Below, one piece after another: positions 43,015 to 54,553 of a stretch of DNA of 64,000 nt (within the stretch, counting starts at the first letter, position 1; each line of letters begins with the position of its first letter). Made by a program: the position numbers and the translations under genes. Source of the stretch: Deltaproteobacteria bacterium (lineage in GTDB: Bacteria > Myxococcota > Kuafuiibacteriia > Kuafuiibacteriales > Kuafuiibacteriaceae); NCBI GenBank assembly GCA_040218735.1, contig JAVJQW010000019.1:192001-256000 (forward strand), written 5' to 3'. The notes under the pieces are model-generated. The model was not told the origin of the DNA and ran no database searches. It was given only the letters and a program-made list of their open reading frames with translations.

Positions 43015-44110
43015 ATGCGCTTCCTCTCCGCCCACCTCACCGACTTCCGCAACATCCGCTCGGCCGAGATCGAATTCTCCCGCAGCTTCACCGCGCTGAT
43101 CGGCCCCAACGGTCAGGGCAAGACCAACGCGATCGAGTCACTCTATCTCGTCGCCGCGCTCCGCCCCCTCCGCTCGGTCCCCAGGCGCGCGCTCGTCCAC
43201 ACCGAGGCGCAGCGCACCGAGGTCGCGGTCGAAGTCGACGTCGCCACCACGGGCCTACAGCACCAGCTCTCCGTCGCGCTGGAGGGGGCGTCGCGCACGC
43301 TCGTCAAGGACGACAAGAAGGTCCCCGCCGCGAGCTTCCTCGGCCACGCCGTCGCGGTCGCGTTCACGCCCGACGATCTCGTCCTCGCGAAGGGCGGTCC
43401 CGACGGTCGCCGTCGTTTCCTCGATCGCGCGCTCCTCAACATTCGCCCCGCGTACCTCGAGCGCGCGATGCGCTACGCCAAGGCCGTGAAGGACCGCAAC
43501 AAGGTCCTCACCGAGCACGGCTCCGACACGATGATCGACGCGTTCGACGAGATCATCGCCGCCGAGGGCGCCGCGATCATGACGGCGCGCGCGCAGTACG
43601 TTCGCGAGGTCGGCGATCGCGTCGTCGAGAACTTCGAGCGTATCTGCACCCCCGCCCCCGAGCTGAAGATCCGCTACGCGCCGTCGCTCTCCCGCGGGCT
43701 CGAGATCGACGACGTCGAAGCGACGCGCGACGCCTTCCTCGAAGAGCTCGGGGGTCGCCGCGGCCTCGATCGCCAGCGCAGAAAGACCACCGTCGGTCCA
43801 CACCTCGACGACCTCACCCTTCACCTCGCCGGGAAGTCCGCGCGCGAGCGCGCCTCGCAGGGCCAACACCGCGCGCTGGTCCTCGCGCTGAAGCTCGCCG
43901 AGATCACGCACCTCGCGGAGCAGCTCGAAGAGCCGCCGATCCTCCTCCTCGACGACATGTCGTCCGAGCTCGACCAGACGCGCTCTCGGCAGCTCTTCGA
44001 ATCCGTCGCCAAGCTCGAGGGGCAGGTCATCCTGACGAGCACCGAGGAGCCCGCCTCGCTGAAGGCTCTCCTCTCGGATCCCGACGATCTGCGGATCTAC
44101 GACGTCGACG

Positions 44111-44133
<23 letters not shown>
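43015..44133 (+). CDS. recF: RecF
   Basis: [33 protein letters not shown]. Confidence 0.96.
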
Positions 44134-46030
<1,897 letters not shown>

Positions 46031-46062
46031 CCTCGCCGCATCCCTCGAACACCGTCGCAGCT

Positions 46063-47109
46063 GTGTCGGGGCCACGGCGACTGAACGACAAGCTGCTGCA
46101 CATCGACGCCGCGCTCGACGGTGGCAGTGAAGTCGCCGGTCGACGCAGCGGCGCGCTCCTGCTCGATCACATCCGGTTCCGCCCGCGCGCGCTCCCCGAA
46201 GTGAACCTCGCGGACGTCGACGTCTCGCTCACCTTCCTCGGCAAGAAGATCGCCGCACCCTTCATGGTGTCGCCGATGACCGGCGGGCTCGAACGCGGCG
46301 GCGATCTCAACCGACGCATGGCGCGCGCCGCGGAAGCGGTGCAGATCCCGTTCGGCGTCGGCTCGCAGCGCGTCGCTCTCGAGGTCCCCGCGCGGGCGAA
46401 GGACTTCGAGCTGCGCGACGTCGCCCCGACGATCCCGCTGTTCGCGAACCTCGGCGCGGTCCAGCTCGTCAAAGGCTATGGCCCGAAGGAAGCCGCGCGC
46501 GCCGTCGAGATGATCCAAGCCGACGCGCTCTACCTCCACCTCAACGCGATGCAGGAGGTCGTCCAAGAGGGCGGCGACACGGACTGGCGCGGCGTCCTGA
46601 AGGGCATCGAGAAGGTCTGCACGTACTTCGACAAACACGGCCTCCCGCCCGTCTTCGCGCGCGAGGTCGGCTTCGGCCTGCCCACCGACGACGCCAAACG
46701 CCTCCTCGACGCCGGCGTGCAGGGCCTCGACTGCGCCGGCGGTGGCGGCACGAGCTGGACGCTCGTCGAAGGTCGCGTCGCGAACGAGCCGATGGCCCGG
46801 ACGATGGGCGACACGTTCGCCGCGTGGGGCCTCACCACGCCCGAGGCGATCCTCGAAGCGCGCGCCGCTTCCAAGCGGGTACCGATCGTCGCGTCCGGCG
46901 GCGTGCGGACCGGGCTCGATGTCGCACGCTGCGTCGCCCTCGGCGCGACGATCGCCGGCATGGCGTCACCGGTCCTCCGCGCAGCGGCCGAGAGCGAAGA
47001 GGCCGTCGAGCGCTTCCTCCGCACGGTGATCGCCGAGATTCGCGGGACGTTGTTCGGCGTCGGCGCGAAGAACCTGAAGGCGTTTCGTAAGAAGCCGCGC
47101 GTGGTCTAA
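46063..47109 (+). CDS. fni: Type 2 isopentenyl-diphosphate isomerase
   Basis: MTGG, GVGSQR, ANLGAVQL, HLNAMQE, EVGFG, GGGGTSW, ASGGVRTG. Confidence 0.93.
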   Translation: MSGPRRLNDKLLHIDAALDGGSEVAGRRSGALLLDHIRFRPRALPEVNLADVDVSLTFLGKKIAAPFMVSPMTGGLERGGDLNRRMARAAEAVQIPFGVGSQRVALEVPARAKDFELRDVAPTIPLFANLGAVQLVKGYGPKEAARAVEMIQADALYLHLNAMQEVVQEGGDTDWRGVLKGIEKVCTYFDKHGLPPVFAREVGFGLPTDDAKRLLDAGVQGLDCAGGGGTSWTLVEGRVANEPMARTMGDTFAAWGLTTPEAILEARAASKRVPIVASGGVRTGLDVARCVALGATIAGMASPVLRAAAESEEAVERFLRTVIAEIRGTLFGVGAKNLKAFRKKPRVV

Positions 47110-47119
47110 GCTCCGGCCC

Positions 47120-47473
47120 GTGAGTGACGAGCGTCGCCAGAGTCCGCGTCGGTCGATGACGCTGAAGATTCGCGTCGACGGCCCGAAGGGTCGCGCGTCG
47201 CTCACCGCGCGCGACGTGTCGAAGGAGGGGGTCTTCGTCGAGTCGCCGAAGCCGCTCCCGATCGGCTCGCGTGTGGACTGCCGGCTCGAGCTACCCGGGC
47301 AAGGCTCCGAGCGTGGGCCGCGCATCGAATTCGCGGCCGAGGTTCGGCACCAGTCGAACAAGTACACGACCGACGACGGCGCCGGACCGTTCCGTGGGTT
47401 CGGTGTCCGCATCACGCGCATCGGCGTCGAGGAGCAACAGACGTTGTTTGCGTTCCTCGAATCCGTCGCGTGA
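47120..47473 (+). CDS. PilZ domain protein
   Basis: ERRQSPR and DVSKEG motifs. Confidence 0.85.
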   Translation: MSDERRQSPRRSMTLKIRVDGPKGRASLTARDVSKEGVFVESPKPLPIGSRVDCRLELPGQGSERGPRIEFAAEVRHQSNKYTTDDGAGPFRGFGVRITRIGVEEQQTLFAFLESVA

Positions 47474-47548
47474 TCGTGACGAATCGGCGGCGTACCGGGG
47501 CGCGGTTGACGCCCGATTTGGCCATGACGTAGCGTCCCCGGCCTTCCC

Positions 47549-48517
47549 ATGGGCGGCGGAAACAACCTCGGTGCAATCGGCTCCGGAGGCGCGTTCGGCG
47601 GCTTCGATGCGGCGGACTTCGACGCCTTCGCGAAGAAGAAGTGGTCGTCCAACGCGTACACGCTGGAGCGTCGTCAGGCGAAGGACCGGCTGCTCGCCCT
47701 CGTGCGCGCGGTGCAGGACGAGCTCGAGGAAGAGCTGTCCACGCTCGAGCTCGGCGCGACCGACGAAGCACCTTCCGTGGCGAACGGTCGCAAGGTGCAA
47801 GCGCAGTGGGCCTTCTTCACGCGCGCGGCACCGGAGCGCGCGGCGCTCAAGACGCTGCTCAACCGCACCGACCTCGCGAGCGGCGCGAGCCTGTTCGACA
47901 TCGCGGTGCACCACCAACACGCGTGTCTGCAGCTTCGCCTCGACGAGGACGGGCTCGCGATCGGTATGGAGATCGCGGGCAAGGCGACGGTCGATCGCGA
48001 CAACGCGACGAAGAAGCTCGAGCACAAGTGGGCGCGCGACAAACTGCAGGCGCTCGCGAAGGAGCTCCCGAACGGCGCGCGCGTCGGCCTCGGTGCGGAC
48101 GCGGTGGAGGCGATCGACCTCGACGCCGAGGCGGTCGAGCGGTGGGCGAAGGCGTTGCCGAAGTCCGGCGATCGGGTGTTCGCGGAGGCCGTGCTCGGAC
48201 GGGACGAAGAGGTGCTCGCGAGCGACGCGCTGATCGGCACCGCCGTGGAGTGCGTCGCGGGTTTCTTGCCGATGCTCGAGTTCCTCGCGTGGTCGCGCGA
48301 CAACGACCACACGCAGGTGAAGGACGCGATCAAGGAGCAGAAGAAGGTCGCGGAGGAGCGCGCGGCGACGCTCGAGCCCGGCTCGCGCGTGACGATCCTC
48401 GCGGGTCTGTTCGCGGGGCGCGGCGGCTACGTGGCCGAGGTGCAGAAGGGGAAGGCCAAGGTCATGGTCGGGCCGGTGAGCGTGACGGTCGACGTGAAGG
48501 ACCTCAAGGGGACCTGA
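47549..48517 (+). CDS. Hypothetical protein with C-terminal KOW (NusG-CTD-like) domain
   Basis: GFDAADFDAF N-terminus; LEPGSRVTILAGLFAGRGGYVAEV KOW motif. Confidence 0.75.
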   Translation: MGGGNNLGAIGSGGAFGGFDAADFDAFAKKKWSSNAYTLERRQAKDRLLALVRAVQDELEEELSTLELGATDEAPSVANGRKVQAQWAFFTRAAPERAALKTLLNRTDLASGASLFDIAVHHQHACLQLRLDEDGLAIGMEIAGKATVDRDNATKKLEHKWARDKLQALAKELPNGARVGLGADAVEAIDLDAEAVERWAKALPKSGDRVFAEAVLGRDEEVLASDALIGTAVECVAGFLPMLEFLAWSRDNDHTQVKDAIKEQKKVAEERAATLEPGSRVTILAGLFAGRGGYVAEVQKGKAKVMVGPVSVTVDVKDLKGT

Positions 48518-48777
48518 TGGCCGTCCGCCAGCGCGACAAACGCGAGACCGTCGGGCAGACGATTCGCAAGAAGCTGTTCATGTCGATGGTGCCCGCGGCG
48601 GTCGGTGCGGTCGGCGGGTACTACTACGGTGTCAGCGAGCTGGACCCGGCGCTGTCGACGAGCTCGACGCTCCCCGCGATGTACGGGTGCATGGGCGCGA
48701 TCGTCGGCGTGTTGGGCGTGCGGATCTTCGCGCTGTTCAAGGAGATGATCAGCGACTTCTTCGACAAGCCGTCCTGA
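48517..48777 (+). CDS. Small two-TM membrane protein
   Basis: TGATG overlap with the upstream gene; two hydrophobic segments. Confidence 0.7.
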   Translation: MAVRQRDKRETVGQTIRKKLFMSMVPAAVGAVGGYYYGVSELDPALSTSSTLPAMYGCMGAIVGVLGVRIFALFKEMISDFFDKPS

Positions 48778-48824
48778 GTCGTTTTTTTGACCACATCGTC
48801 GGACATCGGCACCCTCTGTCGCAG

Positions 48825-49253
48825 ATGGACCGACGCCACGAAGCGCACCCCAGTCAGCTCCCCACTTCGGGCGACCGCCGCAAGGGCGATCGCCGCTCCG
48901 GCTCTCGCCTCTCGTTGTCCTTGGAGATCGCCGTCCCGGTGCAGGTCGACACCGACCTGGGCCCGCAGCGGGGCCTGGCGCGCAACATCTCCGAGGGGGG
49001 GATGTTGATCGAGGTGGAGGAGGCGCCGCCGATCGGCTCGCGCGTGCGCGTGACGATCAACGGGATCCGCGGCTCATCGGATGCGCCGGACGCGATCACG
49101 CTCGACGGCGAGGTGCGGCACCACCTGGCGTGGCAGTACACGCGCCCGTCGGGGACGAAGTCGATGCGCGGGATTGGGATTCGGTTCGTGGAACCGGTGG
49201 AGGAGCGCCCGCTGACCGACTGGGTCTGGTCGACGGGTCACACGGTGCACTGA
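48825..49253 (+). CDS. PilZ domain protein
   Basis: DRRSGSR, NISEGG, GIGIRF. Confidence 0.85.
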   Translation: MDRRHEAHPSQLPTSGDRRKGDRRSGSRLSLSLEIAVPVQVDTDLGPQRGLARNISEGGMLIEVEEAPPIGSRVRVTINGIRGSSDAPDAITLDGEVRHHLAWQYTRPSGTKSMRGIGIRFVEPVEERPLTDWVWSTGHTVH

Positions 49254-49256
49254 CGA

Positions 49257-49898
49257 TCAGACGAACTCGGAGTCGAGCGCCATGCCCTCGAGGCTGTACA
49301 CGCCGAGGCGGTGCGCGAACGGGTTGCCCTCGTTGATGTATGCGGCGCGGTGGTTGCTCCACACGGCGTCGTAGTCGGCCTGGTCGACCGTGGTGTGCTC
49401 GGCGACGAGCTCGTACGGGACCTTCAGCTCGATGCCGATGTCGTCTTCGGCGAACGTGATCGGCTTGCCGCTGAGGGTCATGAACTTGTCGCCGCCCCGT
49501 TGGTACGAGCGGAAGTCACCCCAGCCGACGCGGCGGCTCACTTCGAAGAAGTTCTCCGTCGCGTAGTCGCCCTGCACCCAGCCGCCCCACAACGCGGCGT
49601 TCGTGGCGTGCGAGCCGATCGCCATCGAGGGCTGCTGCGGCAGGCGCGTGACGTCCTTGACGAACGATTCGAACTGCCCCGTCGGCGCGTTCAGCGCGGC
49701 GAGCACCTGCGCGGCCTGGTTGCCGTCGCCGCTGCCGTTGTTGCCGTCGCCGCTGTTGCGCTCTTGGTTGTCCGTCGTGGGCAGGTAGTTGTTCAGGCCG
49801 AAGACGGCCGAGTACTCACCAGGATCTCGGTCCGCCTGGTCGGCGCCACCCTGCTGATTGTTGACGGGCTTCGGGAAGACTTGAACGACCGCTGACAT
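49257..49898 (-). CDS. Orphan hypothetical protein with Asn/Gly-rich N-terminus
   Basis: GGAGG RBS; coding-like codon bias; no Sec signal peptide. Confidence 0.75.
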   Translation of the reverse strand: MSAVVQVFPKPVNNQQGGADQADRDPGEYSAVFGLNNYLPTTDNQERNSGDGNNGSGDGNQAAQVLAALNAPTGQFESFVKDVTRLPQQPSMAIGSHATNAALWGGWVQGDYATENFFEVSRRVGWGDFRSYQRGGDKFMTLSGKPITFAEDDIGIELKVPYELVAEHTTVDQADYDAVWSNHRAAYINEGNPFAHRLGVYSLEGMALDSEFV

Positions 49899-49909
49899 GT
49901 CGACCTCCA

Positions 49910-49938
49910 TTATCGTCGGAGCCCGGGACGTTGTTGCG
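49910..49938 (-). promoter_or_regulatory. Sigma-28-like promoter
   Basis: CGCAAC-N15-GACGATAA, same architecture as 21712-21740. Confidence 0.6.
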
Positions 49939-50094
49939 GAAAAAGATCAGTGGTTCCAGATGCTTACATTGTACCACATTCATTCGCGGGTGACGATGCG
50001 ATCGGGGCTCATGCTCTTTGATTGACAGACCGAATCCGAAACAAACAAGTTGCCCACCCGCCGACGTGGATCGGCTACATTGATAGGGAACGCA

Positions 50095-50313
50095 ATGCCG
50101 AAAGACGACCAGATAGAATGTGAAGGCATCATCAAGGAAGTGCTGCCAAACGGGATGTTCCGCGTGGAAATCGCGCCTGGACAGAACATCCTGGCCTACG
50201 TCTCGGGCAAGATGCGCAAGTTCTTCATTCGCATCGTGCTCGGGGACAAGGTGACGGTGGCGCTGTCGCCTTACGACCTGACGAAGGGTCGCATCGTCTA
50301 CCGCGCGCGCTGA
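50095..50313 (+). CDS. infA: Translation initiation factor IF-1
   Basis: [34 protein letters not shown]. Confidence 0.97.
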   Translation: MPKDDQIECEGIIKEVLPNGMFRVEIAPGQNILAYVSGKMRKFFIRIVLGDKVTVALSPYDLTKGRIVYRAR

Positions 50314-50326
50314 GCCGCGCCGAGCC

Positions 50327-51358
50327 ATGCCAGGGCCAGGACGGCAGGTCGTATTCACCATCGTCCTGGTGGCGTCGGGCGTCGCTCGCGCCGCTGAACC
50401 CGACAACCCCGCGGAGGTCTCCGCCACGCCCTTCGCCGCGGCCCTCGCGGCCGAAGCGCGCGGTGACGTGGGGGGCGCCCGCAAGGCCTACGAAGAAGCG
50501 CTCGCGCTCGAGCCGGAGAACGGCCGCGCGCTGGTGAACCTCGGGCTCCTCGAGATTCGGGCCCGCCGCGTCAAACAGGGGCGCACCCACTGCGACAAGG
50601 CGATGGAGCTCGATCCCGAGGCCTCCAAGGTGCACTACTGCCTGGGACTCGCCGCGCTGCGGACCCGGGAGATCGCGGAAGCGACCACGGCGTTCGAACG
50701 CGCGATCGCGCTCCGGGACGAAGACCCCGCCCCCAAGATCGAGCTCGCCCACCTGCGCCGCAAGGCCAAGCGGTACGAGGAGGCGGTCGAGCTGTACCGA
50801 GACGCGGTGCGCAAGAAGGCCGACGATCCCAAGCTGCACGTGCACCTGGGCTATTGTTACAAGGTCCTCGGTCAGCTCCCGGCGGCCGAGGTCGAGTACC
50901 GCAAGGCGGTCCAGAAGGACCCCAAGAGCTACTACGGCCACCTGAACCTCGGGTGGGTGCTCGTGAAGCGGCGCGCCGACGACGAAGCCGAAAAACACTA
51001 CCTCGCGGCGGTCGAGCTGGAGCCGGAGGAGGCCACGCCGCATTTCAACCTCGGCAACCTCTACCGCCGAAAGCGTCGCCTCGAGGATGCGCTGAAACAC
51101 TACGTTCGCGCCGCCGAGCTCGACCCCGACGCGGCGGATCACCACCTCGAACGCGCGCGCACCGAGTGGCTCCTCGGTCGCGTCGACGCCGCCAAGAAGT
51201 CGATCGCCGCCGCGCGTAACGCCGGGCCCACCGACAAGGAGGTCAAGGCGATCGACAAGCTCGAATCGATCCTCCACAAGGCGCCGCCGACGCGCGTCGA
51301 AGAAGATCGCAAGGCCGCCGACGCCGAGCGCCGCGAGGCGCGCCCCGGCCCGAACTGA
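50327..51358 (+). CDS. Secreted TPR repeat protein
   Basis: Signal peptide; repeated TPR units (ALVNLG, VHYCLG, HFNLG). Confidence 0.88.
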   Translation: MPGPGRQVVFTIVLVASGVARAAEPDNPAEVSATPFAAALAAEARGDVGGARKAYEEALALEPENGRALVNLGLLEIRARRVKQGRTHCDKAMELDPEASKVHYCLGLAALRTREIAEATTAFERAIALRDEDPAPKIELAHLRRKAKRYEEAVELYRDAVRKKADDPKLHVHLGYCYKVLGQLPAAEVEYRKAVQKDPKSYYGHLNLGWVLVKRRADDEAEKHYLAAVELEPEEATPHFNLGNLYRRKRRLEDALKHYVRAAELDPDAADHHLERARTEWLLGRVDAAKKSIAAARNAGPTDKEVKAIDKLESILHKAPPTRVEEDRKAADAERREARPGPN

Positions 51359-51359
51359 A

Positions 51360-52688
51360 TCATCGGTCGGCGAGCGCGACGCGGTAGTAGTTCGGGCAGT
51401 AGACGAAGTTGTCTTTGCACGCCTTCGCGAGCCCCTCCGTCGCGACCCTTCGCGTCGCTTCGTCTTCGACGAAGGAGACCAGGCCCCTGCAGCTCTGCGC
51501 AGCGCCCCCCTCACAGTCCGTACGTAGCTCGGCGATGGCCTTCGCTCGGTCGGCCGGCGAGCCGAACTTCATCATCCGATGGCGTCGGACTCGCGCGCAG
51601 TACTTCGCTTGGGACGCGTCGGTGCAGAAGGTCTCGAACACCTCCTTGGCCCGGCGTTCCGCGTCCGCCGCGTCGGGGCTGTCGGTGTATCGCGCCATCC
51701 GCGCGAGGAGGAAGCAGCCTCCCGGGATCTTCTTGGCGCAGTAGCCTTCCGCGCGCGCTCGCTCGGCCTGGAACAACCGTTGGACCTCGTCCGCGGAGAG
51801 CTTCACCTTCCCGTCGATCACCGCCTCCGCCAGCCACGTGCAGTGCAGCTTCTCGCACTTCTTCACGTGGTCGCGGGACGCGGACTGCAGCGCCCACGGC
51901 GTCGGGACGAACGTCCGCAGGAAGCGGTCGCGTGGCATCTTCCTCTCGCGTCCCGCCATGCTCTCGACCACCGCCCGGCTCGGTTCGACACCCAGGCCGG
52001 TCGCGTAGGCGAACGCCGCGGGCCCGCACTGTTCTCCCTTCGACTCGCAGGCGGCTCGCATCGTCTCCACGACGCTCCGCACCCGCGGCGACGCGATGGT
52101 TTCGCGCTTCGGGGAGACCAACGCGAGCTGGTACTCCTTGGCGCAGCGCTCGGAGCGGGCGATCGAGCACCCGGACGTGGTGGTCGGCGGTGACGTTCGC
52201 GGGGGCCGCCGCGCCGTCGGCCTGCGGATGGAATCGCAGAAGGTCGGTCGCCCCGAAGCGCAGAGGCGTCGGCGGAGGGGGTCGGTCTTCGGAGAGTCCG
52301 TCGCGGCGTAGATGTACGCGAGCTCCGCGCACGCATCGGGGAGGCGCTTCGTACACGGCGGCGCCTTCTTCTCCGCGAGGTCGGCCCACTCGCGCGCCTT
52401 CGTGTAGCTACCGGCCTCGACGTTTGCCACGACCAAGCGTCGACACCCGGACAGATCGCCACCTCGGCAAGCCTTCGGTGCGGCCTTCATCTTCGCGTGC
52501 TCCGCGGCCCGTCGTTGACGCTTGAGCTCCGCCGCCCCCGGGCCCTCCCAATCCACGCAGATGCCTTTGCCGCGGTGGTTCTCGTATCCGGTCACGTACG
52601 GCTTCACGTAGCGTCGACAGCGCACGGCGCCCGGCGGCGGATGACAGCTGGCGATCACGAGGAGCAGCGCGGCGCATCGAAGATACAT
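51360..52688 (-). CDS. Cys-rich Sel1/Hcp-like repeat lipoprotein
   Basis: VIASC lipobox; repeated AC..G....C pairs; ATGLGVE. Confidence 0.7.
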   Translation of the reverse strand: MYLRCAALLLVIASCHPPPGAVRCRRYVKPYVTGYENHRGKGICVDWEGPGAAELKRQRRAAEHAKMKAAPKACRGGDLSGCRRLVVANVEAGSYTKAREWADLAEKKAPPCTKRLPDACAELAYIYAATDSPKTDPLRRRLCASGRPTFCDSIRRPTARRPPRTSPPTTTSGCSIARSERCAKEYQLALVSPKRETIASPRVRSVVETMRAACESKGEQCGPAAFAYATGLGVEPSRAVVESMAGRERKMPRDRFLRTFVPTPWALQSASRDHVKKCEKLHCTWLAEAVIDGKVKLSADEVQRLFQAERARAEGYCAKKIPGGCFLLARMARYTDSPDAADAERRAKEVFETFCTDASQAKYCARVRRHRMMKFGSPADRAKAIAELRTDCEGGAAQSCRGLVSFVEDEATRRVATEGLAKACKDNFVYCPNYYRVALADR

Positions 52689-52706
52689 CGCCGCGGATAG
52701 TGGCAT

Positions 52707-53516
52707 TCAGGCGAGGGCGTGCGCGAGGGCGGCGAACGTCTCGAGGTCGAGCGTCTCGGCCCGCCGGGAGAGATCCACGACCTCCGCGCCGCGCAGCACG
52801 ACCTCCCGATCGAACCGCGCCGACAGCGCATTGCGCAGCGTCTTCCTCCGCTGCCCGAACGCGGCGCGCACGACGGATTCGAAGTGGGCGGGGTCACCGA
52901 TGTCCACGGGGGGGGCGTCGCGCCAGTCGAAGCGGAGCACGGTGGAGTCGACGCGCGGGCGCGGCACGAAGCACCCCGCCGGGACGTTGCGCACCGTTCG
53001 AATCTCGGCGTGCACCGAGAAGAGCACGGTGAGTGAGCCGTAGCGCTTCGTCCCCACGCGCGCGACCAGTCGCTCGGCGACCTCGCGCTGCATCATGATC
53101 ACCGCGTGCCCCGTGACCGCGCGCTGGGTGAGCAGCGACAACAGGATCGGCGTGGTGATGTTGTACGGGATGTTGCCCACGACGGGGGCGCGCACGTCGC
53201 CGACGATCGGCGCGAGCGGAGTCGCGAGGAAGTCCGCGTTCACGACTTCGAGCGCGTCGGCTCCCGCGAGGCCCTCGAGCACCGGGACGAAGCGCCGGTC
53301 CTTCTCGATCGCGACCACTCGCTCGGCGCGCGCGAGGAGGCGTTCGGTCAGCGTGCCCGGGCCGGGTCCGATCTCCACGACGAGCGGCGCTTCCCCGACC
53401 GCGTCGGCGATCGCGTCGAGCGCGCTCGGGTCGACGAGGAAGTTCTGACCGAGCGCCTTCTTGGCGAACAGCTCGTGGTGCTCGAGTCGGTCGACGAGCT
53501 CGCGGCGCGAGCTCAC
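52707..53516 (-). CDS. rsmA: 16S rRNA dimethyladenosine transferase
   Basis: LGQNFL, EIGPGPG, GNIPYNI, MMQREVAER, RRKTLRN. Confidence 0.96.
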   Translation of the reverse strand: MSSRRELVDRLEHHELFAKKALGQNFLVDPSALDAIADAVGEAPLVVEIGPGPGTLTERLLARAERVVAIEKDRRFVPVLEGLAGADALEVVNADFLATPLAPIVGDVRAPVVGNIPYNITTPILLSLLTQRAVTGHAVIMMQREVAERLVARVGTKRYGSLTVLFSVHAEIRTVRNVPAGCFVPRPRVDSTVLRFDWRDAPPVDIGDPAHFESVVRAAFGQRRKTLRNALSARFDREVVLRGAEVVDLSRRAETLDLETFAALAHALA

Positions 53517-54553
53517 CGGCGCTTCCTCTTCGGGATGTCGACCAGCGGCCAGTGCGCGCGCGCGGCGAGGTCGAGGCCGTTTGATTCGCCGCGGCTGAGT
53601 CGGACGTGGCCCGCCTTCGCGATCATCGCGGCGTTGTCGGTGCAGAACGCTCGCGAAGGGAGGAACACCTCGACCCCCGACCGGCGCCCGCGCTCCACCG
53701 CCTTCTCGCGCAAGCGGCTGTTCGCCGCGACGCCCCCTGCGAGCACGAGCTGCGAGACGTCGCACTTCTCGACCGCGCGGAACGCTTTCTTCAGGAGGTT
53801 GTCGACGATCGCCTCACGGAACGAGGCGCAGAAGTCCGCGAGCGCTTCACCCTCCGGCGGACCGCCCATCTCGCGGATGCGGCGCGCGGCGTCCGTCTTC
53901 AGGCCGGAGAACGAGAAGTCGAGGTTGTCCTTCCCGGGCATCATCTTCGGGAACGCGACCGCCTTCGGGTCGCCGTCTGCGGCGATGTGATCGATCGCGA
54001 CGCCGCCCGGGTAGCCGAGCCCGAGGAGCTTCGCGGTCTTGTCGAAGGCTTCGCCCGCGGCGTCGTCGCGTGTCGCGCCGAGGTGGCTGTACGGGCCGCC
54101 CAGCGCCTCGACGCGGATGAGGCTGGTGTGCCCGCCGGAGACGAGCAGCGCGACGAAGGGCGGCGCGAGTGAAGCTGCGCCCGTGTCGAGGAACGCGGCG
54201 GCGATGTGCCCTTCGAGGTGGTTCACGCCGATCAGCGGCCGGTCGAGCGCGAGCGCGAGGCCCTTCGCGAACTCGACGCCGCACAGCAGCGGTCCGATCA
54301 ACCCGGGGCCAGCCGTCACCGCGATCCCGTCGATGTCCGTCAGCGCGAGCCCCGCCGCCTCGAGCGCCGAACGCAGCACCGGGCCGAGGCGAATGACGTG
54401 GTCGCGGCTCGCGACCTCCGGCACCACGCCGCCGAACTGCGCGTGCAGATCGATCTGCGAGTGGACGACGCTGGCGCGGAGGGTCAGGCCGTCGCTGTCG
54501 AGGACGGCAAAGGCGAGCTCGTCACACGACGACTCGATCCCGAGGACGATCAC
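53513..54553 (-). CDS. tsaD: tRNA threonylcarbamoyltransferase
   Basis: GIESSCDE, GGVVPEVASR, NHLEGH, VSGGHT, DDAAGEAFDK, TDNAAMI. Confidence 0.97.
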   Translation of the reverse strand: MIVLGIESSCDELAFAVLDSDGLTLRASVVHSQIDLHAQFGGVVPEVASRDHVIRLGPVLRSALEAAGLALTDIDGIAVTAGPGLIGPLLCGVEFAKGLALALDRPLIGVNHLEGHIAAAFLDTGAASLAPPFVALLVSGGHTSLIRVEALGGPYSHLGATRDDAAGEAFDKTAKLLGLGYPGGVAIDHIAADGDPKAVAFPKMMPGKDNLDFSFSGLKTDAARRIREMGGPPEGEALADFCASFREAIVDNLLKKAFRAVEKCDVSQLVLAGGVAANSRLREKAVERGRRSGVEVFLPSRAFCTDNAAMIAKAGHVRLSRGESNGLDLAARAHWPLVDIPKRKRR

